From NCBI GenBank assembly GCA_046484135.1, contig JAWOBU010000176.1, positions 1 through 25,368 of the forward strand: a stretch of 25,368 nt of DNA, read 5' to 3'. Origin of the DNA: a bacterium. GTDB lineage: Bacteria > RBG-13-61-14 > DATKZS01. Below, piece by piece: positions 17,437 to 25,368 of the stretch; within the stretch, counting starts at the first letter, position 1, and each line of letters starts with the position of its first letter. The notes beneath the pieces are model-generated. The model had not been told where the DNA came from. It did no database searches and saw nothing but the letters and a program-made list of their open reading frames with translations. The translations under genes and the position numbers were made by a program.

Positions 17437-17558
17437 TTAAAGCTCTACGGCGTCTCTAAAGTACGCTTAATCCTGATGAACCATCTTACCTAATGTATCC
17501 CATAACCGGCAAGTTTCAACGTAAATCATAAATTTTACCGTTAAGTTCGCGTGAGTAA

Positions 17559-17587
17559 TTGACAAACACATGCTTACCTTCTAGCAT
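17559..17587 (+). promoter_or_regulatory. Putative sigma70 promoter of hicBA
   Basis: TTGACA-N17-TAGCAT, 29 nt upstream of the hicB ATG. Confidence 0.6.
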
Positions 17588-17616
17588 TCTATAAAAGCTG
17601 AGAACAGGAAAGGATC

Positions 17617-17856
17617 ATGGATAAAACAGGCATTTCTAAAGGCGGCTTTACCGCAATTGTCCAGAGAGAAGGGGACGGTTTTATATCCATCTGTCCCGAG
17701 CTTGATGTAGTAAGCCAAGGAGACACGGTTGAACAGGCCCGGCCCAACTTGATGGAAGCGGTGGAGCTGTTACTCGAAACCGCCGGTGAAAAGGAGATTT
17801 ACGACCGTCTTCATACCGAGACCTATGTGAGCCACTTCGAGGTGGCCATTGGATAA
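17617..17856 (+). CDS. hicB: HicB-family antitoxin (short form without a DNA-binding domain)
   Basis: FTAIVQREGDGFISICPELDVVSQGDTVEQA..NL.EAVEL.LE partial RNase H fold; AAGGA RBS. Confidence 0.88.
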   Translation: MDKTGISKGGFTAIVQREGDGFISICPELDVVSQGDTVEQARPNLMEAVELLLETAGEKEIYDRLHTETYVSHFEVAIG

Positions 17857-17944
17857 ATTGCCCGTCCTCTCCGGCCGGGAGGTATGCTTTATCCTGGAAA
17901 AGCACGGTTTTGAAGAAATAAACAAAGACGAGTTTCAGAAGTAA
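17849..17944 (+). pseudogene. hicA: HicA toxin remnant with internal deletion (31 aa)
   Basis: TTG start overlapping the hicB end, GAGGTGG RBS; translates MDKLPVLSGREVCFILEKHGFEEINKDEFQK*, i.e. a HicA N-terminal helix joined to a HicA-like C-terminus, with no GSH catalytic motif. Confidence 0.8.
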
Positions 17945-17989
17945 AAGAGGATAAAGGTTGAGCCTGCGAAGGCAATACGCGGAGGACAA

Positions 17990-20485
17990 ATGAAAAACAG
18001 CGAGCTATTCCGGAACTGGGGCACGTTTTCCAAGGGGATGGACGCTAAAAGTATCGAGATTGGGTTCGCCAACCACCTCGAGTACTCGCTTTGCAAGGAC
18101 CAGTATACGGCCACGGCGCGAGACTATTATCATTCGCTGGCCCTGGCGGTCCGGGACCGGCTGGTGGAAAGGTGGATACGCACCCAGCAGATGTACTACA
18201 ACTGCGACGCGAAAAGGATCTATTACCTTTCCGCGGAGTACCTTATAGGCAGGTTCCTGATCAACGCTCTTAGCAATCTTAATATGTACGATGAGTCCAA
18301 CAAAGCCATGGAGGAGGTCAATATCAACCTTACCGACCTGGCGGAACAGGAGCCGGACGCCGGCCTCGGCAACGGCGGCCTGGGAAGGCTGGCCGCCTGC
18401 TACCTGGACTCCATGGCCACCCAGGAGCTTCCCGCCTACGGTTACGGCATCCGCTACGAGTTCGGCATCTTCGAGCAGGTCATTAAAAACTGCAAGCAGA
18501 TGGAGCTTCCCGAGGCCTGGCTCAAGTTCGGCAGTCCGTGGGAGATTCCCCAGCCGGAGCGGAGCTTCGTGGTCAATTTTTACGGCCAGGTCAAAGACAC
18601 CCGCGCGCCGGACGGGTCCCTTAAAGTGAACTGGACCGACACCAACGCCATCATCGGCGTTCCCTTCGACTACCCCATCCCGGGCTACGGATGCGACACA
18701 GTGAACACGTTAAGGCTCTGGTCAGCGCGCGCCTCCAAGGACTTCAACCTGCAATACTTCCAGCACGGCGACTACTGGAAGGCGGTGGAGGAGAAGTACG
18801 CTTCCGAGAACATATCCAAGGTCCTCTACCCCAACGACGAGATGATCCAGGGACAGGAGCTCCGGCTTAAACAACAGTACTTCTTCGTGTCCTGCTCCGT
18901 CCAGGACATCATCCGCCGCTACCTCATCACCCACCGGGACTTCTCCGAGTTTCCGGACAAGGTGGCCATCCAGATGAATGACACCCACCCCAGCCTGGCG
19001 GTCACCGAGCTGATGCGGCTTTTGATTGACCGGCACGGACTCCCCTGGGAGGACGCCTGGGAGATAACAGTCCAGAGCTGTGCTTTTACCAACCATACCC
19101 TGCTCTCCGAAGCATTGGAAAAATGGCCCGTGTCCCTGTTCGGAAGACTCCTTCCCAGGCATCTCCAGATCATCTACGAGATAAACCGGCGGTTCTTAAG
19201 AGACGTGTCCGTCCAGTTCGTGGGAGACCGGGGGATTCAGAGCCGGATGTCCCTGATCCAGGAACATCCGGAGAAGAGCATACGAATGGCCCATCTCGCC
19301 ATTGTGGGATCCCATTCCGTGAACGGCGTATCCAAGCTTCATACCAGGATTCTGCGGGAGACCGTATTCAAGGACTTCGATCAGTTCTTTCCCGGCAAAC
19401 TGAACAACAAGACCAACGGGATCACGCCAAGACGGTGGCTTCTGCAGGCCAATCCCCCCCTTGCCGAGCTTATTACCACGAAGCTCGGAAAGAGCTGGAT
19501 CAAGGACCTTCCGAGCCTCAAGGGACTGGAAGACTACGCGGACGATCCCGACTTCCAGCAAGAGTTCAACAACATCAAAAAAACCAACAAAGAGAACCTG
19601 GCCCGGCACATCAAGAACATCACCGGATACTCAGTGGACCCGGCGAGCATGTTCGACGTGCAGATTAAAAGAATCCACGAGTACAAGCGCCAGCTTTTGA
19701 ACGTCTTTCACGTTATCTACCACTGGCTCCGGATCAAGGAGGACCCCTCGTTTGATCCGCATCCCCGGACCTTTATTTTCGGAGGAAAGGCGGCGCCAAG
19801 TTATACCCGGGCCAAGCTAATCTTACAGTTTATCTGCCACGTGGCGGACATGATAAACCGGGACGCCAGGACCAATGACCAGATCAAAGCGGTCTTACTT
19901 CCCAACTACCGGGTGTCCCTGGCGGAGAAAATTTTCCCGGCCAGCGAGGTCTCCGAGCAGGTGTCCACTGCGGGCTACGAGGCCTCCGGAACCGGCAACA
20001 TGAAGTTCTGCTTGAACGGCGCCCTCACTGTGGGCACGCTGGACGGGGCCAACATCGAGATCAAGGAGGAAGTGGGAGACGACAACATTTTCATCTTCGG
20101 AATGGACGCCGACCAGGTGAACGAGCTCCGGCCCCGCTATCGCCCCCGCGATTACGTAAACGAAGACCCGTACCTGCAACAAATCTTCGACCTTATTTAC
20201 GAAGACTTCTTCTGTCCGGACGATCCCCAGCTCTTCTCCCCACTGGCCAACCACCTTCTGGAGGAGGACAACTACATGGTACTGGCTGATTTCAAAGACT
20301 ACCGGGACTGCCAGTGGAAAGTGGACCAGGCATACGCGACCCCTAAAGCATGGACCAGAAAAGCCATCCTGAACGTGGCCAGGGTCGGGCATTTCTCTTC
20401 GGACAGGGCCGTACAGGAGTACAACCGGGACATATGGCACGCGAAGCCCATTGTCATCACCCGCGAGAACGACACCAAGTGTTAA
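17990..20485 (+). CDS. glgP: Glycogen/maltodextrin phosphorylase
   Basis: GLGNGGLGRLAAC, LRLKQQYFF, QMNDTHP, KRIHEYKRQ, PLP-lysine motif EASGTGNMKF, GTLDGANIEI; GGAGGA RBS. Confidence 0.97.
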   Translation: MKNSELFRNWGTFSKGMDAKSIEIGFANHLEYSLCKDQYTATARDYYHSLALAVRDRLVERWIRTQQMYYNCDAKRIYYLSAEYLIGRFLINALSNLNMYDESNKAMEEVNINLTDLAEQEPDAGLGNGGLGRLAACYLDSMATQELPAYGYGIRYEFGIFEQVIKNCKQMELPEAWLKFGSPWEIPQPERSFVVNFYGQVKDTRAPDGSLKVNWTDTNAIIGVPFDYPIPGYGCDTVNTLRLWSARASKDFNLQYFQHGDYWKAVEEKYASENISKVLYPNDEMIQGQELRLKQQYFFVSCSVQDIIRRYLITHRDFSEFPDKVAIQMNDTHPSLAVTELMRLLIDRHGLPWEDAWEITVQSCAFTNHTLLSEALEKWPVSLFGRLLPRHLQIIYEINRRFLRDVSVQFVGDRGIQSRMSLIQEHPEKSIRMAHLAIVGSHSVNGVSKLHTRILRETVFKDFDQFFPGKLNNKTNGITPRRWLLQANPPLAELITTKLGKSWIKDLPSLKGLEDYADDPDFQQEFNNIKKTNKENLARHIKNITGYSVDPASMFDVQIKRIHEYKRQLLNVFHVIYHWLRIKEDPSFDPHPRTFIFGGKAAPSYTRAKLILQFICHVADMINRDARTNDQIKAVLLPNYRVSLAEKIFPASEVSEQVSTAGYEASGTGNMKFCLNGALTVGTLDGANIEIKEEVGDDNIFIFGMDADQVNELRPRYRPRDYVNEDPYLQQIFDLIYEDFFCPDDPQLFSPLANHLLEEDNYMVLADFKDYRDCQWKVDQAYATPKAWTRKAILNVARVGHFSSDRAVQEYNRDIWHAKPIVITRENDTKC

Positions 20486-20551
20486 GAAAAACGAGGCGCC
20501 CTTGACATGAAAGCGCTTTTAAGCTAATCATTATCATATAGATATGGAGGT

Positions 20552-20626
20552 GCGGGAGTAATTCAGTGGCAGAATGCCAGCTTCCCAAGCTGGACGGCGC
20601 GGGTTCGACCCCCGTCTCCCGCTCCA
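20552..20626 (+). tRNA. tRNA-Gly (anticodon CCC)
   Basis: Acceptor GCGGGAG/CTCCCGC, discriminator T plus encoded CCA, D stem ATTC/GAAT, anticodon stem CCAGC/GCTGG with loop TT-CCC-AA (20584-86), T loop TTCGACC. Confidence 0.96.
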
Positions 20627-20637
20627 AAGAAAAGGTT

Positions 20638-20667
20638 CCGTCCATGAAAGCATGGGCGGTTTTTTTT
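20638..20667 (+). terminator. Rho-independent terminator after tRNA-Gly
   Basis: CCGTCCATG-AAAG-CATGGGCGG stem (one G-U) followed by T8. Confidence 0.8.
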
Positions 20668-20770
20668 GATTTCTGCAAGGCGCTGTTGCAACGCGGAAAG
20701 TTGGCGGATGCGGTTTTTTCGCGGTTAAGGCGCTCACACATATTACATTATTTTCGAAAAGCGGAGGCAG

Positions 20771-22447
20771 ATGAGTAACAATCGCGTTAAGGGAAACCTT
20801 TTAGGGCTGAAAAAAAAGCAGAAGGACGAGCTCTCACGTCTCTTCCGGAGAAGAATCCCGCAAGACCAGGTAACCAACCAGGACTTCAACCGGGAGCTGT
20901 GCCGGATAAGCTTTGAGATCGGCAGGCAGGTAGGGGTCCTGGTAACCCGCCGCGGCCAGGTCGAGCACGTGGTGGTGGGAGACGCCGGCAGCATTATGCT
21001 TCCGGACCTGGGCAAAAGCCGGGGAGTTCCTTCCCATCTTCGCGGCTTGCGATACATACATACTCACCTGCAGGGCGAGAGTTTGAACGACGAAGACCTT
21101 ACCGACCTGGTACTGCTCCGTTTCGATCTTATCCTGGCGGTAACAGTTGATGATGAAGGCTATCCCGGTCCTTCCCACCTCGCGCATATCCTTCCCCGCA
21201 ACTCGGACGGCAAAGAGGTTGAGCTATACGATTCTTTTTCGCCCGGCCGGCTCGATCTCGACTTCCAGGAACTCATAGCCTCGCTGGAAGAAGAGATCGC
21301 ACGGAAACGGCCCCAGCTCACCGGCCGCGACAAGGAAGGCGTCATCCTGGTGGGCACCGAGCCGGACGGAAGTAGAAGCCGTGCATCTCTCGACGGCCTG
21401 GCCGAACTGCGGGAGCTGGCCCGCAGCGCGGGCGTGGACGTGGTGGGCGAGGTTGTACAAAAGCGCAAAAAGGTCCACCCCAAGACGGTGCTAGGCAAAG
21501 GCAAGCTCCGGGAGGTCCTGGTAAAGGCCATGCAGCTCGGGGCCGTGACCCTGGTCTTCGACCGGGAGCTGTCTCCCTCCCAGCTCAACGCCATTCAGGA
21601 GGTGGCCGAGCTCAAGGTCATTGACCGGAGCCAGCTTATCCTGGACATCTTCGCCCAGCGGGCCAAGACCAGGGAAGGGAAAATCCAGGTGGAGCTCGCT
21701 CAACTCCGGTACAACCTTCCCAAGCTGGTGGGAAAGGGAGTGGACATGTCCAGGCTTACCGGCGGTATCGGCGGTCGCGGACCGGGCGAGACCAAGCTCG
21801 AGATAGACCGCCGCCGCGTCAGGGAGAGGATCACCCACCTCGAAAAACAGCTCAACAAAGCCAGGAAAACCAGACAGCAGAAGCGGGAGAAAAGAAAGTC
21901 CCGGCAGGTGCCGGTGGTCTCCATTATCGGCTATGCCAACGCAGGCAAGTCCACGCTTTTAAACCAGCTTACCAACAGCGAGGTAGGCGTGCAGGACAAG
22001 ATGTTCGCGACCCTGGACCCGGCCAGCAGAAGACTCCGCTTCCCCCGCGAGCGGGAGATCGTGATTACGGACACGGTAGGGTTTATAAGAGAGCTTCCAA
22101 AGGACCTCTTTAACGCCTTCAAGGCGACCCTGGAGGAGCTCGAGGACGCGGACTTGTTTCTGCACGTAGTTGACGCCGCTGACCCTTCCTGGGAAGGACA
22201 GATATCCGCGGTCGAGAAAATCCTGGAGGAAATGGAGTTTCAGCACACGCCCCGCATCCTCGTGTTCAACAAGAGCGACCTTCTCTCCGAGATAGAACAA
22301 AAAGCGTGCTTGAACCGCCAACCCGGCGCCATACCAGTGTCAGCGCTCGACCGCCAGACCTTCCGACCGCTCCTGGCCGCCATGGAACAAAAGCTCTTCC
22401 AGGAAACCGCCTCCGACATAGTCGCCTGGCAGTCGCTCGGGTTTTAG
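20771..22447 (+). CDS. hflX: GTPase HflX, long form with about 185-aa N-terminal extension
   Basis: LILDIFAQRA.T.EGK.QVELAQL.Y.LP.L, GGIGGRGPGETKLEIDRR, G1 GYANAGKST, FATLDP, G3 DTVGF, G4 NKSD. Confidence 0.96.
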   Translation: MSNNRVKGNLLGLKKKQKDELSRLFRRRIPQDQVTNQDFNRELCRISFEIGRQVGVLVTRRGQVEHVVVGDAGSIMLPDLGKSRGVPSHLRGLRYIHTHLQGESLNDEDLTDLVLLRFDLILAVTVDDEGYPGPSHLAHILPRNSDGKEVELYDSFSPGRLDLDFQELIASLEEEIARKRPQLTGRDKEGVILVGTEPDGSRSRASLDGLAELRELARSAGVDVVGEVVQKRKKVHPKTVLGKGKLREVLVKAMQLGAVTLVFDRELSPSQLNAIQEVAELKVIDRSQLILDIFAQRAKTREGKIQVELAQLRYNLPKLVGKGVDMSRLTGGIGGRGPGETKLEIDRRRVRERITHLEKQLNKARKTRQQKREKRKSRQVPVVSIIGYANAGKSTLLNQLTNSEVGVQDKMFATLDPASRRLRFPREREIVITDTVGFIRELPKDLFNAFKATLEELEDADLFLHVVDAADPSWEGQISAVEKILEEMEFQHTPRILVFNKSDLLSEIEQKACLNRQPGAIPVSALDRQTFRPLLAAMEQKLFQETASDIVAWQSLGF

Positions 22448-22451
22448 CGCT

Positions 22452-24071
22452 TTACTCGCTCCCCGCCGGAACCATGGTGATCCCTCTTACGTAAAACTGC
22501 GAGAAGAACTCGTACTTTTCCATCTTCTCTTCGCTTATGGTCCGGGCCTCGGGCGGGGTGTCAAAGTGCATCCGTTGATGTGTCTCTTTATTGTAGGCGG
22601 GCCACTCGGGCAAGCCCTCGCCGTTGGGGTCGCCGGTCCTGGCGAAATTTGTGTAGTAGGACATCATCTTTTCCGATAGAGGCCGTCCTTTTTCGATTGA
22701 CTCCTTGGTGGCCACGATCCGGGCCAGGGTCGAGTCCAGGCTCATGGCCCCGAACACGAACGGCTCGTCCATTCCATGGAAGGCCCCCATCTTCTTCGGG
22801 AACCGCACGTCGTCCCAGTCGAACCGGTAAAGATACACCGGGCTTTTGCCGGCCATGGCCTCCGCGGCCAGGAAACCGCGCGAGTTATAGCCTTCGTTCA
22901 ATACGTCGAAAACCAGGTTCATGGGTTTCTTGTAATCATCATAGGAGTAGTACTGCATGAGCTCGTCAGTGTAAGAGCCGGTGACCTGCTCCAGGAGCTT
23001 GTCGGCCATGAACTTGGGCCACCAGCTTAGGCCGGGCATGAAGATGGTGTAGAGCTTGACCTCGTCACGGGTGTGGCCCACCATCACCGGGACCCGGTTG
23101 TAGTCGCCCTCTTTCAAGGACGCGATGGGCTGACTGGAAAGAAAGTAGCCGTCCATGTGCGGAGCATAGGTTACGCCTCCCTGCAACCTGTTCACCAGGG
23201 TGTTCTTGGGCGGCGGAATAATGTCTTCCGCAGGCATGGCCCGCAGGCACTCGACCGGCCGGGCCACGTCGCAGCCCAGCTCCTCGAGAATCTTCTGTCC
23301 GTCCCGGAAGCCCTGCTCCATGGTATGAGCCAGGTCGGGAAACCCGCTCATGGGAATGGCCCGGTGGAACAGACCTTCGGCAAGCGGCGAGGTCATGAGG
23401 CAGTACACGCTTCCCGCGCCCGCGGACTGGCCGAATATGGTTACGCGGTCCGGGTCTCCTCCAAAGGAACTTATGTTCTTCTGGAGCCACTTCAACGCCC
23501 GGACCTGGTCGAGAAGCCCGTAGTTGCCGGCGCTGTTGTTCGGGCTTTCTTCCACCAGCTCCGGCAGGGTCAGAAAACCCAGGTTGTTAAGCCGATAGTC
23601 CACCGTAACCACGACCACGTCCCGCTCCGCGGCCAGACGCGCGCCGTTGGACATGCCGTAGGAACCAGAGCCCTGCTTCATGCCGCCCCCGTGAATCCAG
23701 AACATGACCGGGTAGCTGCCTTCCTTCTTCGGACTCCAGATGTTTATCGCCAGGCAGTCCTCGCTCCAGTTCTCGACCTCGCCGCCCGAGTAGATGTCCG
23801 AGTTCTGCGGACAGGCCGGCGCATAGGTATGAGCTTTGTACACTCCTTGGTGCGGCTCCGGCGGACGGGGCGCCCGCAGTCGGAGGTCGCCGGTGGGAGG
23901 AGCGGCATAACGCACTCCTTTCCACACGCAGGCACCGGATTGAGACGACTCCATACCCGAGATAGGCCCCTGCTCTGTTTCCACCGGCGCGCCGCAATCG
24001 CGGGCCGCCCGGACCGAAGGGACCAGCGTCAAAACCAGTACCACCGACAACAAACAAACTTTAAACCTCAT
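22452..24071 (-). CDS. Secreted type-B carboxylesterase/lipase
   Basis: Signal peptide ending VRA-A; YAAPP, SEDCL, WIHGGG, NYGLLDQ, nucleophile GQSAG, AFHGMDE, NFARTGDPN. Confidence 0.93.
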   Translation of the reverse strand: MRFKVCLLSVVLVLTLVPSVRAARDCGAPVETEQGPISGMESSQSGACVWKGVRYAAPPTGDLRLRAPRPPEPHQGVYKAHTYAPACPQNSDIYSGGEVENWSEDCLAINIWSPKKEGSYPVMFWIHGGGMKQGSGSYGMSNGARLAAERDVVVVTVDYRLNNLGFLTLPELVEESPNNSAGNYGLLDQVRALKWLQKNISSFGGDPDRVTIFGQSAGAGSVYCLMTSPLAEGLFHRAIPMSGFPDLAHTMEQGFRDGQKILEELGCDVARPVECLRAMPAEDIIPPPKNTLVNRLQGGVTYAPHMDGYFLSSQPIASLKEGDYNRVPVMVGHTRDEVKLYTIFMPGLSWWPKFMADKLLEQVTGSYTDELMQYYSYDDYKKPMNLVFDVLNEGYNSRGFLAAEAMAGKSPVYLYRFDWDDVRFPKKMGAFHGMDEPFVFGAMSLDSTLARIVATKESIEKGRPLSEKMMSYYTNFARTGDPNGEGLPEWPAYNKETHQRMHFDTPPEARTISEEKMEKYEFFSQFYVRGITMVPAGSE

Positions 24072-24094
24072 AACTTCTCCTTTCCCGGTCTTTC

Positions 24095-25368
24095 TTAATC
24101 AATGCCGGTCGGCTCCAGAACAAAGCTGTAGCTGTACGGCCTGGGAGTAAGCCGGAACTGCGGGTGAGGACGTGCTCCCCAGGAGTTGTCGCCTCCCACC
24201 CCCATCTGCTTGTAATCCAGGTTTACCGTGATCTCGTCAGTGTACTCGAGCTCATAGGTGTGGGTGGCTTCTTCCAGGTTCTCCTGGGTATATGGCCACG
24301 CGCTCGCGTTCAAAAGCGGCATGCCCGTGGCTTTAACTCCAGCGCCGTTCTCATCAGTAAACGTAACCCACCTCACGTCCGTGCGGTTGCCGTTCTCCTG
24401 CGGATAGCTGTAGTTATGTATGAGCTCTTTTACTTTTCCTTTGTACAGACCGATCATGGCGCCCGCTTTCCGGTCCCGGTAGCTCTCGTGCGGTCCGCGG
24501 CCGAACCAGATCATGGTGTTGTACCGGCCGGGAATCTTCATCTGCATCCCTACGCGGGGAAGGTTGGGCAGTCCTGCGCCGGGCCGGAAATCGTTTTCCA
24601 CTTTGATCCTGCCGTCTCCGGTAACAGTATAGAGAGTTCTATAAGTGGAAGCGCCCGCTGAGAGTACGGAGTCCACCGTTACCTTGACAGTGGATGGACC
24701 GGGCTTTTTCACCTTGACCCTGTTTACGTTCCGGTCCCGGCCTGCGTCGCGCCATACTCCCTGCCGCATCGGCATGAAGTTTCCGCGGTCGTTGTCAGTA
24801 GGAGCACGCCAGAAGTTGGGTAGCAACGGTCCGGCCACCAGCTCCCTGCCTTTGTAGACGAAGGATTCAAGAGCGCCGCTCTCCTTGTCGAACACCGCTT
24901 TTACGTCCTTACCTTTTACAATGACCCTTTCCGCGTTTTCCTCCGCTTCCAGCGCCGGCAGGTTGGAAGTAGAGCCCGGCTCTTTCTCCGGCACGTCGTA
25001 AGGCATCTTGAACTGGTCCCACGCCACCAAATGGCCGGGCTCGGCCCAGGGCCTCGGCTCCATAAGATGAAAGGTAATAAGCAGGTGGTACTCCTCTCCC
25101 GCTTCCAGCTCCGGCTTTTCTATATCAAGAGCGATCTCCCGGGAACCCTGCGGCTCGATCTCGAGCTCCGGCAGGTTCCCGAACTTTATGGGCCTGCCGT
25201 TCTCGGTCAGTCTCCACCCGCCTTTCAAGAAAGACAGGTCCCGACGGAAGAAATACTTGTTTATGACCTTGATCCTGCCCTCTTTCAAATCCACCGGCTC
25301 GACCTCGAGGTTCTGATATATCTTCTTGACCTCTTTCAAGCCGGGGTGCGGCTTACGGTCAGGCATGA
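24095..25368 (-). CDS. Beta-galactosidase (GH2, LacZ-type), C-terminal part; 5' end lies outside the window
   Basis: PDR.PHP...EVKK.YQ, NKYFF, NFWRAPTDND, WFGRGPHESY.DRK, PQENGNRTDVRW, QMGVGGDNSWG. Confidence 0.92.
   Translation of the reverse strand, partial: MPDRKPHPGLKEVKKIYQNLEVEPVDLKEGRIKVINKYFFRRDLSFLKGGWRLTENGRPIKFGNLPELEIEPQGSREIALDIEKPELEAGEEYHLLITFHLMEPRPWAEPGHLVAWDQFKMPYDVPEKEPGSTSNLPALEAEENAERVIVKGKDVKAVFDKESGALESFVYKGRELVAGPLLPNFWRAPTDNDRGNFMPMRQGVWRDAGRDRNVNRVKVKKPGPSTVKVTVDSVLSAGASTYRTLYTVTGDGRIKVENDFRPGAGLPNLPRVGMQMKIPGRYNTMIWFGRGPHESYRDRKAGAMIGLYKGKVKELIHNYSYPQENGNRTDVRWVTFTDENGAGVKATGMPLLNASAWPYTQENLEEATHTYELEYTDEITVNLDYKQMGVGGDNSWGARPHPQFRLTPRPYSYSFVLEPTGID

Larger units (their letters stand above)
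17172..17482. mobile_element. Non-autonomous miniature inverted-repeat element (MITE), probably ISL3-derived
   Basis: TIR 17172-17195 GGCTCATCAGGATTAAGCGTACTT vs 17459-17482 (23/24 inverse match); identical 8-bp direct repeat ATCTTACC immediately outside both ends (17164-17171, 17483-17490); no transposase inside. Confidence 0.9.

Noticed and set aside
17132..17616. LexA/SOS box upstream of uvrA
   Set aside because: No good match seen to CTGT-N8-ACAG, GAAC-N4-GTTC or the Geobacter-type GGTT-N2-C-N4-G-N3-ACC motif.
20552..20770. Integration site (att) at tRNA-Gly
   Set aside because: No duplicated tRNA 3' end or integrase seen. The tRNA is followed directly by a terminator and hflX.

Overview
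Bacterial chromosomal window, mostly housekeeping and sugar-metabolism genes. The long-form HflX and general gene style suggest a deltaproteobacterium-like organism (inference only). It opens exactly at the left end of a complete 1.8-kb ISKra4-family (Mutator-like DDE) insertion sequence with perfect 27-bp terminal inverted repeats and an A9 slippery site joining its two ORFs. Next come asnS, a CYTH protein, a GT-C membrane glycosyltransferase, a C-terminally short HemA, xylB, a plant-type glucuronokinase-like GHMP kinase coupled to a nucleotidyltransferase, a Nudix/NrtR-like protein, a Cys-rich PD40 propeller, two phosphatases, uvrA, hicB plus an internally deleted hicA, glgP, tRNA-Gly(CCC), hflX, a secreted carboxylesterase and the 3' end of a GH2 beta-galactosidase. 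The most unusual unannotated element is a 311-bp non-coding MITE (17172-17482) with 24-bp TIRs and an 8-bp target duplication, probably ISL3-derived. Its interior folds into two long hairpins and it sits in the uvrA promoter region. Three REP-like palindromes are also present. All family assignments come from motif recognition; no database searches were run.
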